Source: an uncultured Desulfarculus sp.
GTDB taxonomy: Bacteria > Desulfobacterota > Desulfarculia > Desulfarculales > Desulfarculaceae
DNA: 64,000 bases
Reading direction: 5' to 3'
NCBI GenBank assembly: GCA_963665125.2
Contig: CAXXUK010000001.1
Location: 2,560,001-2,624,000 of the forward strand
Shown here: in pieces, positions 33,425-44,310 of the stretch
Numbering within the stretch: position 1 is the stretch's first letter
How the letters are laid out: each line of letters begins with the position of its first letter
Made by a program: the position numbers and the translations under genes
Notes under the pieces: generated by a model
What the model was told of the DNA's origin: nothing
Seen by the model: the letters and a program-made list of their open reading frames with translations, nothing else
Database searches by the model: none

Positions 33425-33564
33425 AACCGTCGTCTTTTGCGGCCGGAACCTCTTTTAATCCGCACTAATAAAGAATTAGAATAGAAAGCGTAAACGCAAG
33501 ACCGGCCCTCGTCTATGCAGGGGCCGGCGACCGGCCACGCACAATTTAAGGGAGCTTAGTTGAT

Positions 33565-35553
<1,989 letters not shown>

Positions 35554-35572
35554 GCCCACGGGCTCAATTCCG

Positions 35573-35601
35573 CGCCCCGCCCGCCGGGCGGGGCGTTTTT
35601 T
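35573..35601 (+). terminator. Intrinsic terminator after acs
   Basis: cgccccgccc-gcc-gggcggggcg followed by a T-run. Confidence 0.85.
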
Positions 35602-35719
35602 GTCTCCCCCGATACGATTTTCCTCGACAACCCAAGACCCGATCGGGTTTTTATTAGAAGGTCTTGCTGATTTTTCACCCTACCGGGCTCCATCATCCAA
35701 ACCGAAAGGAGTTGTGATC

Positions 35720-37429
35720 TTGGCCGTCAAACCCGCAGGCATCACCTACGGCGTCGATGACAAACCGCCGGCGGCTTCGCTTTGGATGCTGGGATTCCAG
35801 CACCTGTGTGTGGTTTCGATCTCCCTGGTGTTTCCGGTGCTCATAATCCGCTCTTTTGGCGGCACTCACGCCCAGGCCGATTTCGTCATCGACATGTCGC
35901 TGTTGGCCATGGGCATCGGCACCATCGTTCAGGCCTTGAAAAAGGGCCCCGTCGGTTCCGGCTATTTGTGCCCCCAGCTATGCGGACCTTCGTTCATAAC
36001 GTCTACAATGATGGCGGGCCAGTTGGGCGGCCTGCCGTTGATCTTCGGCATGAACCTGGTAGCCGGGGTGACCGAAGGCCTTTTTTCGCGGTTGTTGCCC
36101 CGCCTGCGCAGGCTGTTCCCCACGGAGGTCACGGGCCTGATCGTGGCCATGGTGGGCATCACCGTAATCCCCACGGCCATGCGCATCCTGCTGGGCCACA
36201 CCGCCGAGCACCCGGGCATCCGCCTCGACTATCTGGCCGTTGGTGGGGCCACCATGGCCATCATGATCGGCCTGAACGTCTGGACCAAAGGCAAGATCAG
36301 GCTGTTCTGCGTGATCCTGGGCATGGCCTCGGGCTATGCCATCAGCGCGGCGGCCGGCCTGTTCGAACCCCACGAAATCGAACACCTGGCGACCAGCCAA
36401 TGGATCGACTTCCCCCTGCTGGAGCATCCGGGCTGGTCCTTTGACGCACGTTTGATCCTGCCGGTGGTGCTGGCCACTCTCTGCTCCAGCCTCAAGACGG
36501 TGGGCGATCTGGCCACCTGTCAACGGATCAACGACTCCGAGTGGCAAAGGCCGGACATGTCCAATGTTCAACGGGGCGTGCTGGCCGACGCCGTGGGTTG
36601 CATGGCCTCCGGCGTGGTGGGCGGCCTGGGCATGAGCACCTCGTCGTCCAATATCGGCCTGTCCATCGCCACCGGGGCCACCAGCCGTTATATCGCCTTT
36701 TCCATGGGCGCCCTGGCCTTGCTGGCGGCCTTCAGCCCCAAGCTGGCCTCGATCTTCACGGTGATGCCCGAACCGGTGATGGGCGCCACCATGGTCTTCT
36801 CGATGTGCTTCATGGTGGTGGCCGGCTTCCAGATGGTGATGTCGCGCATGCTCGACGGCCGCAAAACCTTTGTGGTTGGTCTGTCGTTGATCGTGGGCCT
36901 GTCGGTGGATGACCTGCCCGGCGTCTACACCCACTTGCCCGAGTGGCTGGCCCCGGTGTTCGGCTCCTCGCTTTCGGCCTCGGCGGTGACGGCAATCGTG
37001 ATGAACCTGATCATGCGAATCGGCATCGCCCAAAAGGTGGCCATCGATATCGAGGCCAAGCCAGGCGCCCAGAGAGAGGCCCTGGCCTTTCTACGGAAAA
37101 ACGGCGCGGCCTGGGCCGCCCGCAGGGAAGTCATCGACAAGGCCGGCGACGCCCTAAGCGAACTGGTTGAAACCCTGGTCGTCCACGACATGGCCTTTGG
37201 CGAAATGCGGCTGAAGGCCTCATTCAACGAACTCAACCTGGCAATCAGCGTGGAATACGACGGCGAAGCCCTGGATCTGCCCAAGGAACCGCCCGAGGCC
37301 GAAGCATTGATCAGCGACAAACGGGCCCACCGCAACCTGGCCGGATTTTTAATCAGGCAATACGCCGACAAGGTGGAACTAAGCCAGACCGGAGGCCGCC
37401 AGTTGGTGAGCCTGCAATTCACCCATTAA
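35720..37429 (+). CDS. NCS2 (xanthine/uracil permease) family transporter with extra C-terminal soluble domain
   Basis: GFQH in TM1, GVLAD, S.NIGL...TG..SR signature; probable TTG (35720) or GTG (35714) start after AAGGA. Confidence 0.85.
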   Translation: MAVKPAGITYGVDDKPPAASLWMLGFQHLCVVSISLVFPVLIIRSFGGTHAQADFVIDMSLLAMGIGTIVQALKKGPVGSGYLCPQLCGPSFITSTMMAGQLGGLPLIFGMNLVAGVTEGLFSRLLPRLRRLFPTEVTGLIVAMVGITVIPTAMRILLGHTAEHPGIRLDYLAVGGATMAIMIGLNVWTKGKIRLFCVILGMASGYAISAAAGLFEPHEIEHLATSQWIDFPLLEHPGWSFDARLILPVVLATLCSSLKTVGDLATCQRINDSEWQRPDMSNVQRGVLADAVGCMASGVVGGLGMSTSSSNIGLSIATGATSRYIAFSMGALALLAAFSPKLASIFTVMPEPVMGATMVFSMCFMVVAGFQMVMSRMLDGRKTFVVGLSLIVGLSVDDLPGVYTHLPEWLAPVFGSSLSASAVTAIVMNLIMRIGIAQKVAIDIEAKPGAQREALAFLRKNGAAWAARREVIDKAGDALSELVETLVVHDMAFGEMRLKASFNELNLAISVEYDGEALDLPKEPPEAEALISDKRAHRNLAGFLIRQYADKVELSQTGGRQLVSLQFTH

Positions 37430-37487
37430 AAAACCGGAGCCGCGATAATCGCGGGGCCCCGGCAATCAATTTAAGGCTTGCCGCCGG

Positions 37488-38375
37488 TTATGAGAGCATC
37501 ATGGCCAGGCGGCGGTCTTTTTCGGCCCACAGTTCGTTGAGCCATTCCTGGAAGCGCTGGCGGAACTCCAGGTCGTTAAAATAATCGCCGATATACTCGG
37601 CGCTGATGGGCATGGCGCTGACCTGCACCTTGATTTCGTTGACCTTGCCGCACAAAAGCTTCCACATGCCGCCGACGCCCTTGGGATAGGCGATGGTCAC
37701 ATCCAGCAGCTTGTTCATGTGTTCGCCCATGGCGGCCATGGTCACGGCTATGCCGGCGGCCTTGGGCTTGAGCAGGTAATCATAAGGCGAATCTTGCACG
37801 GCCTTTTTCTGCAAGGAAAAACGGGTGCCTTCCACGAAATTCATCACCGAAATGGGAATGTTCTTAAATTTCCTGCAGGCCTTGATGGTGGCCTTGAGGT
37901 CCTTGCCCGCCAGATGCGGTTTTTTGGCCAGTTTGGCCTTGGAATAGCGCTTCATGAACGGAAAGTCCAGGGCCCACCAGGCCATGCCCATCACCGGCAC
38001 GTAGCGCAGTTGCTCTTTGAGGAAGAACTTCAGAAACGGGACTTTGCGGTTGAATATGCGCTGCAGGACCAAGATATCAGTCCAGCTCTGGTGGTTGGAA
38101 AGCACCAGATACCAGTCTTTGCGGGCCAGGCCTTCAAGCCCCTCGACCTCCCATTCGATGCGGTTGAACAAGCGTAGCACCGAGTTGTTAAGGGAAATCC
38201 ACAAGGTGGCAATATTATTTATCACAACGTCGCAAACCTTGCGCCAGGGTCTCCAGGGAATTATCAGCTTGAAAAATGCCGCTATCAATAAAATGGGGAC
38301 CAAGATCAAGGTATGGGTGAGGATCAAGGTAAAGGCGAAGACGCCTTTGACAGGGCCGGGCAACAAGTTGAGCAT
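37488..38375 (-). CDS. Acyltransferase (PlsC-like, YihG type)
   Basis: NHQSWTD (HX4D), FFLK, LDFPFMKRYS, NFVEGTRF, LKPK. Confidence 0.92.
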   Translation of the reverse strand: MLNLLPGPVKGVFAFTLILTHTLILVPILLIAAFFKLIIPWRPWRKVCDVVINNIATLWISLNNSVLRLFNRIEWEVEGLEGLARKDWYLVLSNHQSWTDILVLQRIFNRKVPFLKFFLKEQLRYVPVMGMAWWALDFPFMKRYSKAKLAKKPHLAGKDLKATIKACRKFKNIPISVMNFVEGTRFSLQKKAVQDSPYDYLLKPKAAGIAVTMAAMGEHMNKLLDVTIAYPKGVGGMWKLLCGKVNEIKVQVSAMPISAEYIGDYFNDLEFRQRFQEWLNELWAEKDRRLAMMLS

Positions 38376-38568
38376 CGCTGTTCCTTTTTCAAAAAAACGG
38401 TGTCTCATATAAATGGTCAGCCAATTATATCCATATTGATCAAACAGTCAAATCAGTCTTTGGCTGAATATTAAACCCGTGAAGAAGCCCGGCAACCGGC
38501 TATTCAGCCGCCGCAACGAGGTCCGCCAGGGATAATCCACAATTAACTGCCTGTTTGCCATCTGCCTT

Positions 38569-39111
38569 TCAATCATCGGCCGGTGACCGGCCCGGCAGCT
38601 GGCAAGACGCAGGCTGGTCTTTGTTTTTCCCGTCTTTGAAAAATTTAAGGGTGGACATGAAATAATTGGCAAAGCCTTGCAGCCTAACGATTTTATCAAT
38701 ACAGGCCGCTTCTTCCGGTCGAAAAGTCCGGTTAAATTCGTCGAGCCACTCTCCGGAGAATCTTTCGCCGTCGGCAAAAGTGGCCTCCCGGGCATACATC
38801 AAGGCGAGCCAAAGTTTCGGTTCAAACTCTTCCCGGCGCAGATAATGCAGCTTTTGCTGCTGTTCGGCGCTGATCCCCAACCGCCGACCGGCGGCTTGAT
38901 GATGGTTGGTTCAAGCGGCGCAGTCGTTGGTCATCGAAACGCACAGCATAACCATCTCCCGGACATGCGGGGGAACCGTCCGCAGCGCCTTTACGGTGGA
39001 AGGGCCGCGCCGAGCCGTATCAAACCGTTGCCAGGCGTCACGCCAGGAAATAAAGCGTCTGGGCCTCAACATAGTGTTTTGTTCTGGCACCATTTCCGCA
39101 ACTTTTACCAA
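38569..39111 (-). CDS. AhpD/carboxymuconolactone decarboxylase-like protein with selenocysteine (CxxU), in-frame UGA at 38911-38913
   Basis: ORFs 38911-39111 and 38569-38880 share a frame; joined: REMVMLCVSMTNDCAA-U-TNHHQAAGRRLGISAEQ...FEPKLWLALMYARE, the AhpD E-x-x-x-L-x-V-S-x-x-N-x-CxxC-x-x-x-H pattern; SECIS-like hairpin follows. Start uncertain (TTG 39111, ATG 39093 or 39072). Confidence 0.8.
38878..38898 (-). promoter_or_regulatory. Putative bacterial SECIS element
   Basis: mRNA CAAG-CCGCC-GGUC-GGCGG-UUG; apical GGUC loop begins at nt 22 after the UGA. Confidence 0.72.
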
Positions 39112-39476
39112 TAATGATCCCTAATACTAAAACAGTTAGATCGCCTAGAATTCAGGCAGTAAAGCCAGGAATTTTACGCACTTTTTGAATTATACAAGGC
39201 GAATTAAATCGTTACAAGCAAACAGAACATAGGCGCACCTAGGCGGACAAACTTGTTGTAATTGTGAACCCAAAAAAACTCTGATTTCAAGCCAAAGTTA
39301 CTTTGCGAAAAGATGCACGTAATGTTACTGTTTGACGTTGTAATTAGAATGTAGGGCTAATAGTAGCCTGAGATCCAAAGCCGGCAGGGGTAGCAATCCG
39401 GCCGAGGGCAAGCACCATCTACAAGCACTGTTAGTCGCCCAATCCCGCATAGCACCAGTGGAGGAGAAGCGAGATT

Positions 39477-41054
39477 ATGAGTGACCCAAGCACCAATAGA
39501 AATGCCGCTCAGGCTGGCGGCCTGCCCCCCATGCCCGACACTATCGTTGTCGCGCCAGAGAAGAAAAAAGTCGATGTAAAACGGCTGATTTTCATGTTTC
39601 TGGGCTTTGCCCTGTTCGCATTGTTTTTCTATCTACCCGATTTTGACGCGGCCGTGGACCCCGCCGGCAAGGCCTATCCGCTGTCCAGGGAGGCCCAGAT
39701 GGCCTTGGGCCTGTTCCTGCTGGCCAGCACCTGGTGGATCTTTGAAGTCGTGCCCATCGGCGTGACGTCGATCATGATCGGCGTTGTCCAGGTTTTGTTC
39801 ATGATCCGCCCGGCCAAGGACGCCCTGTCTGATTTCCTATCGCCGCCGGTGTGGTTCATCTTCGGCTCGCTGATCCTGGGCACGGCCTTTACCAAGAGCG
39901 GCCTGACCCAACGCATGGCCTACAAGATGCTCAACCTTGTGGGCGAACGCACATCCATGATCATGCTGGGCTGTTTCATCACCATCGCCCTTATGACCCA
40001 TGTCATGGCCCACACCGCGGTGGCCGCGGCCATCTTCCCCCTGCTGGTGGCCATCCATGCCCTGTACACCGACAAGGAAGGCCCCACCAAATTCGGCAAG
40101 GCCCTGTTCATAGGCATGGCCTACGTGGCCGGCGCCGGTTCCATCTGTACGTTCCTCGGAGCGGCCCGCGGCGTCACCGCCGTCGGTTTCTTCAAGGAGA
40201 TCACCGGATTCGACGTGGCCTTCTTCGAATTGTCCACCTTTATGATGCCCGTGGGCTGGATCATGATTTTCCTGCTCTGGGGCTTTTTCATGATCTTCTT
40301 CAAGCCTGAAAAGCCGCGTATCGAAAACCTGCGCGAACGGGTGGCCGAGCTAAGCAAGGGCCAAGGATCCATGAGCGTCCATGAGTGGATCGTGCTGGGC
40401 ACGACCCTGGCCGTGGTGGGCATTTTCATGGCCAAGAGCCTGATTCCGCCCGACGTTGCCGCCCAGGGCGGTCTGGCCGGCGTGATCAAGGGCATGAGCC
40501 GTCCCGGCATCATTCTTATATCCACCATGGTGTTTTTCTGCACCAAGGTCCTTGATATCGATGACCTGGAAGCCATTCCGTGGAACATCATTCTGCTGTT
40601 CGGCGGCGCCATGAGCATCGGCTACTGCCTGTGGCAGATAGGCGCGGCCAACTGGCTCGCCGCCCATTGGATGAACATGTTCTCCTCGGCTCCGCCGCTG
40701 GTGTTCATCCTCTCCATTGCCTTCCTGGTGCTCATGATGACAAACTTCATCATGAACGTGGCGGCAATCGCCATCTGCCTGCCGGTGGCCCTGGTCGTGG
40801 CCAAATTCATGGGGATCAACTCGTATGTGATCCTCTTCGCCTCGCTGGTCACCGCGGGCATGCCGTTCAACCTGCTGATTGGAGCGGCTCCCAACGCCAT
40901 CGCCTACGAGTCCAAGCAATTCACCACCGGTGAATTCTTCACTTGGGGCTGGGTGGCCAACGTAATATTAATGCTCGTGCTCACCGCGGCCATCCTGGTC
41001 ATCTGGCCCATGTTGGGACTTTCCATGAACACGCCCATGGGCCCGTTGGGCTAA
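39477..41054 (+). CDS. SLC13/DASS family anion (sulfate/dicarboxylate) transporter
   Basis: WWIFEVVPIGVTS, SGLT.R, HTAVAA, PW.I.LLFGGA, GAAPNAIAY. Confidence 0.88.
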   Translation: MSDPSTNRNAAQAGGLPPMPDTIVVAPEKKKVDVKRLIFMFLGFALFALFFYLPDFDAAVDPAGKAYPLSREAQMALGLFLLASTWWIFEVVPIGVTSIMIGVVQVLFMIRPAKDALSDFLSPPVWFIFGSLILGTAFTKSGLTQRMAYKMLNLVGERTSMIMLGCFITIALMTHVMAHTAVAAAIFPLLVAIHALYTDKEGPTKFGKALFIGMAYVAGAGSICTFLGAARGVTAVGFFKEITGFDVAFFELSTFMMPVGWIMIFLLWGFFMIFFKPEKPRIENLRERVAELSKGQGSMSVHEWIVLGTTLAVVGIFMAKSLIPPDVAAQGGLAGVIKGMSRPGIILISTMVFFCTKVLDIDDLEAIPWNIILLFGGAMSIGYCLWQIGAANWLAAHWMNMFSSAPPLVFILSIAFLVLMMTNFIMNVAAIAICLPVALVVAKFMGINSYVILFASLVTAGMPFNLLIGAAPNAIAYESKQFTTGEFFTWGWVANVILMLVLTAAILVIWPMLGLSMNTPMGPLG

Positions 41055-41087
41055 ACGGCGGTTGTCGCAGGTCAAGGAGTATATGGA

Positions 41088-41591
41088 ATGAATAAGCCGA
41101 CCGAACAAAAAAAAATCGTGAGGGACCTTGTAATCCCTCTAACCGATTATCCTCATATGCCTTATTGGGCCACCCTCAAGGAAGCCGTGGTCCAGTTGAC
41201 CGTGGCCCAGCAAGGGTTGACCCCCGCCGCCCGCCGCAAGACCATCCTGGTCTTTGACGAAGCCTACCGCCTGCAGGGCATGCTGGCCATGCGCGACATC
41301 CTGCAGGGCATCGAGCCCAAGTTCTCCAAGGGGTACGGCGAGGGCATCAAGGTCTTCTGGGAAGACCTATACGCCCACACCGCCCGCGAACAGCTGGGCA
41401 AGGCCATCAGCGAGTTCATGACCCCGGTGGCCGCCACTGTGGAGGCCAACGAAAACCTGCTTAAGGCCAGCCACATCATGTTGTCGCAGGAAATAACCCT
41501 GTTGCCCGTCATGGAGGAAGGGACCGTGCTTGGCGTTATCAAACTGGAAGACATCTTCCAGGAGATAAGCATGACGATCCTCTCCATGTAA
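41088..41591 (+). CDS. CBS domain-pair protein
   Basis: ATLKEAV...VFDE...GML...DIL; FMTP...LPV.E.G.V.GVI...DIF. Confidence 0.85.
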   Translation: MNKPTEQKKIVRDLVIPLTDYPHMPYWATLKEAVVQLTVAQQGLTPAARRKTILVFDEAYRLQGMLAMRDILQGIEPKFSKGYGEGIKVFWEDLYAHTAREQLGKAISEFMTPVAATVEANENLLKASHIMLSQEITLLPVMEEGTVLGVIKLEDIFQEISMTILSM

Positions 41592-41610
41592 CCACTCACG
41601 GAAGCATTAC

Positions 41611-44223
41611 ATGAAGCTGCCGTGGCGTAAAAAGCAAAAAGACGGTGCGGACCGGCCCAAGCGGTCGGCCCGCACCGCAGACTCAATGCCCGTCGGCACT
41701 TATCCCGAGGGGGCTTCCTGTCGTTTTTCCCTTCGCTATTCCCTCTTCAAGGGTCTGTTGGCCGACAACAACCGCGCCCTGGAAATAATGGCCGAACTGC
41801 AAAGCAAAATGCATGGCCAAAGTTCCTTTGACCGCGACTGGCTGCAAAGCCGGGTGGCCATGATGGCGCGCCACGTCCATGACATGGTGGCATCCCTTAA
41901 ACAGATGGGGCCCGGCCACTACGATGCTCTGGACACCGCCCTGACCCAGGTCAAAAACCGGATAAACCAGGCATTGCTCAAACCGATGCGCATGACCGAC
42001 GGCCCGGCCCTGGTCTGGTTTGAGGAGTTGGACCGCAGCCTCGAAAACCTGACCGGTGTAAAAGCGGCCAACCTGGGCGAAATGCTGTCGGTCATGGGCC
42101 TGCCGGTGCCCCGGGGGTTTGCCCTGACCGCATCGGCCTATAAATATTTCATGGACTTTAACCAGCTTTTGCCAAAGCTGCGCGATCTATTGGCCAACTG
42201 CGATCTCGACGACACCGAAAGCGTATTGGCCACGAGCAAGGCCATGCGCCTATTGGTCTTGGAGGCTGATCTGCCCAAGTTGCTGTCCGAAGAATTGCTG
42301 ACGGCAACTACGGAATTGAGCGAATACTCGCCCATAGGCCTGGCCCTGCGCTCCAGCGCCTTGATGGAAGACAACGAACCCGGCCTCGCCGGTCAATACG
42401 ACACATTGCTGAACGTGCCCCCCGAGGAAGTCCCCTGCGCATACAAGAGGGTGCTGGCCAGCCAGTTCAACCCCCAGGCCCTGCGCCGGGCATTTCGCCG
42501 GGATATGAAAATTGAAGACCTGGCCATGGGCGTGGCGGTCATGGCCATGGCCCCGGCCCAGTGCTCGGGCGTGTTGTATTCGCTCAACCCCAATGACCCC
42601 CAAAGCCAGGTGATGATGATCAGCGCCGTTCGCGGCCTGGGCTCGGGCGCGGTGGGCGGCACGGTTTCGTCTTCAATGTTCATCACCAACAAGCAGTCGC
42701 CCATCAAGCTGCTCATCGAAGACATAGTGCCCCAGGAAACCATGTTCGTTCCGGCGCCGGAATCCAATGTCTACGAGGTCAACGTCCCGGCCGAGGACGT
42801 CTCCAAGCCCTGCCTGAACCGGGAACAGGTTCTGCGCCTGGCCCAGTTGGGCCTGGAGCTGGAACAGCATTACGACCGGCCGGTGGACGTTGAATGGGTC
42901 TTGCGGCCCGACGGGGAATTGAGCCTGCTTCAGGTCCGGCCCCTGCGCATTATCATGAAGGACCTCACCCCGGCCGATTATAACCGTCAGGTCAGCGGCC
43001 ACCGGGTCCTGCTGCAAGGCGGCGTAACGGCCTCGCCCGGCGTGGAATCCGGCCGGGTGGTCCATGTGCAGGACGAAGACGAGCTTACCAAGGTCACCGA
43101 CGGCGATATCATCGTGGCTCCCAACAGCCTGCCCGAATACGCCTTGGCCCTTGATCATGCCGGAGCGGTGGTCACCGAAGTCGGCGGCGCGGCCAGCCAT
43201 CTGGCCGCCGTGGCCAGGGAGGTTCACGTTCCGGCCCTGTTCGGCGTGGAAAACGCCTCCAAGCTCCTTGAGGAAGGCATGGAGGTCACGGTGGACGCCG
43301 ACCGCCAGATCGTCTACGAGGGCAAGGTCGAAAGCCTGATCCGCATGCACAAGCGCCGTTTGCTGGCCCTTTCCGAGACCCCGGCCTTCCAGACACTGGA
43401 CAAGGTGCTCTCGGTGGTGACGCCATTGCACCTGACCGACCCTCGTTCGCCCGATTTCAAGCCGGAATCATGCCGCAGCATGCACGACATCACCCGTTTC
43501 GCCCACGAAATGGCCGTCCGGGAGATGTTCCGTTATGCCGAGGAAAAGCCCCACGAAACCGAGGAATGCCGCGACCTGGACATCTACCGCCTGATAGCCG
43601 ATTTCCCGTTGGAGCTGCTTCTGATTGATATCGGCGGCGGCCTGCGCAACGACGTCCGTGGCAATTCGGTTGTCATGGACCAGATCCTCAGCCTACCCAT
43701 GCGGGCGCTGGTCCAGGGTCTTGTGTCCATACCCTGGCGGGGGCCCGGACCGGCCGCGCCCGAAGCCCTGGCCAAGTCAAAGGAAACCAGGCTCAAGGAA
43801 GCCTCCCAGTACGCCACAAGGCCCAACTACGCCATCTTGAGTCTCAACTACCTCAATCTCTCATCGCGCCTGGGCTTTCACTTTTCCACCCTGGACACGT
43901 ATTGCTCGGACGAAACCAACGACAACTATATCCGCTTCATGTTCAACGGCGGCGGAGCCGACTCCGACCGCCGCAGAAGGCGGACAAGATTTGTCGGCGA
44001 AGTGCTGATGCGCAGCGGTTTCAGGGTAAAATTACACGAAGACCAACTTCAAAGCAGGGTGGACAAGTATCCCCGCGAGAGGCTCAAGAAAATGCTGGTC
44101 CTCATCGGCCGGCTGTGGGTCTACACCCGTCAAATGGACATGCTCATGTTCAGTGACGCGGTGGTGGACTGGTATATCGAGGAGTTTATGCGCCAATACG
44201 GAGTGGGCGACCAAGACGACTAG
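41611..44223 (+). CDS. PEP synthase/PPDK-like protein: ATP-grasp plus phospho-His swivel domain, non-canonical C-terminus
   Basis: G.KAANLGEM, LPVP.GF, RSSA..ED, AGQY.T.LNV, DVEW, LQVRP; TEVGGAASHLAAVARE; no recognisable PEP-binding TIM barrel. Confidence 0.85.
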   Translation: MKLPWRKKQKDGADRPKRSARTADSMPVGTYPEGASCRFSLRYSLFKGLLADNNRALEIMAELQSKMHGQSSFDRDWLQSRVAMMARHVHDMVASLKQMGPGHYDALDTALTQVKNRINQALLKPMRMTDGPALVWFEELDRSLENLTGVKAANLGEMLSVMGLPVPRGFALTASAYKYFMDFNQLLPKLRDLLANCDLDDTESVLATSKAMRLLVLEADLPKLLSEELLTATTELSEYSPIGLALRSSALMEDNEPGLAGQYDTLLNVPPEEVPCAYKRVLASQFNPQALRRAFRRDMKIEDLAMGVAVMAMAPAQCSGVLYSLNPNDPQSQVMMISAVRGLGSGAVGGTVSSSMFITNKQSPIKLLIEDIVPQETMFVPAPESNVYEVNVPAEDVSKPCLNREQVLRLAQLGLELEQHYDRPVDVEWVLRPDGELSLLQVRPLRIIMKDLTPADYNRQVSGHRVLLQGGVTASPGVESGRVVHVQDEDELTKVTDGDIIVAPNSLPEYALALDHAGAVVTEVGGAASHLAAVAREVHVPALFGVENASKLLEEGMEVTVDADRQIVYEGKVESLIRMHKRRLLALSETPAFQTLDKVLSVVTPLHLTDPRSPDFKPESCRSMHDITRFAHEMAVREMFRYAEEKPHETEECRDLDIYRLIADFPLELLLIDIGGGLRNDVRGNSVVMDQILSLPMRALVQGLVSIPWRGPGPAAPEALAKSKETRLKEASQYATRPNYAILSLNYLNLSSRLGFHFSTLDTYCSDETNDNYIRFMFNGGGADSDRRRRRTRFVGEVLMRSGFRVKLHEDQLQSRVDKYPRERLKKMLVLIGRLWVYTRQMDMLMFSDAVVDWYIEEFMRQYGVGDQDD

Positions 44224-44310
44224 GCCGCCCGCACCGGGCCGGCAGCCTGCTGCAACTGGCTGTGGCTCCCGCCCCCAACCAAAGCACCTAAATATCAAGG
44301 GACGAAAGCC

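Noticed and set aside
38569..39111. Pseudogene interpretation of the split AhpD-like ORF
   Set aside because: The single stop is TGA at the catalytic Cys position with a SECIS-like hairpin and no other lesions, so recoding is more parsimonious
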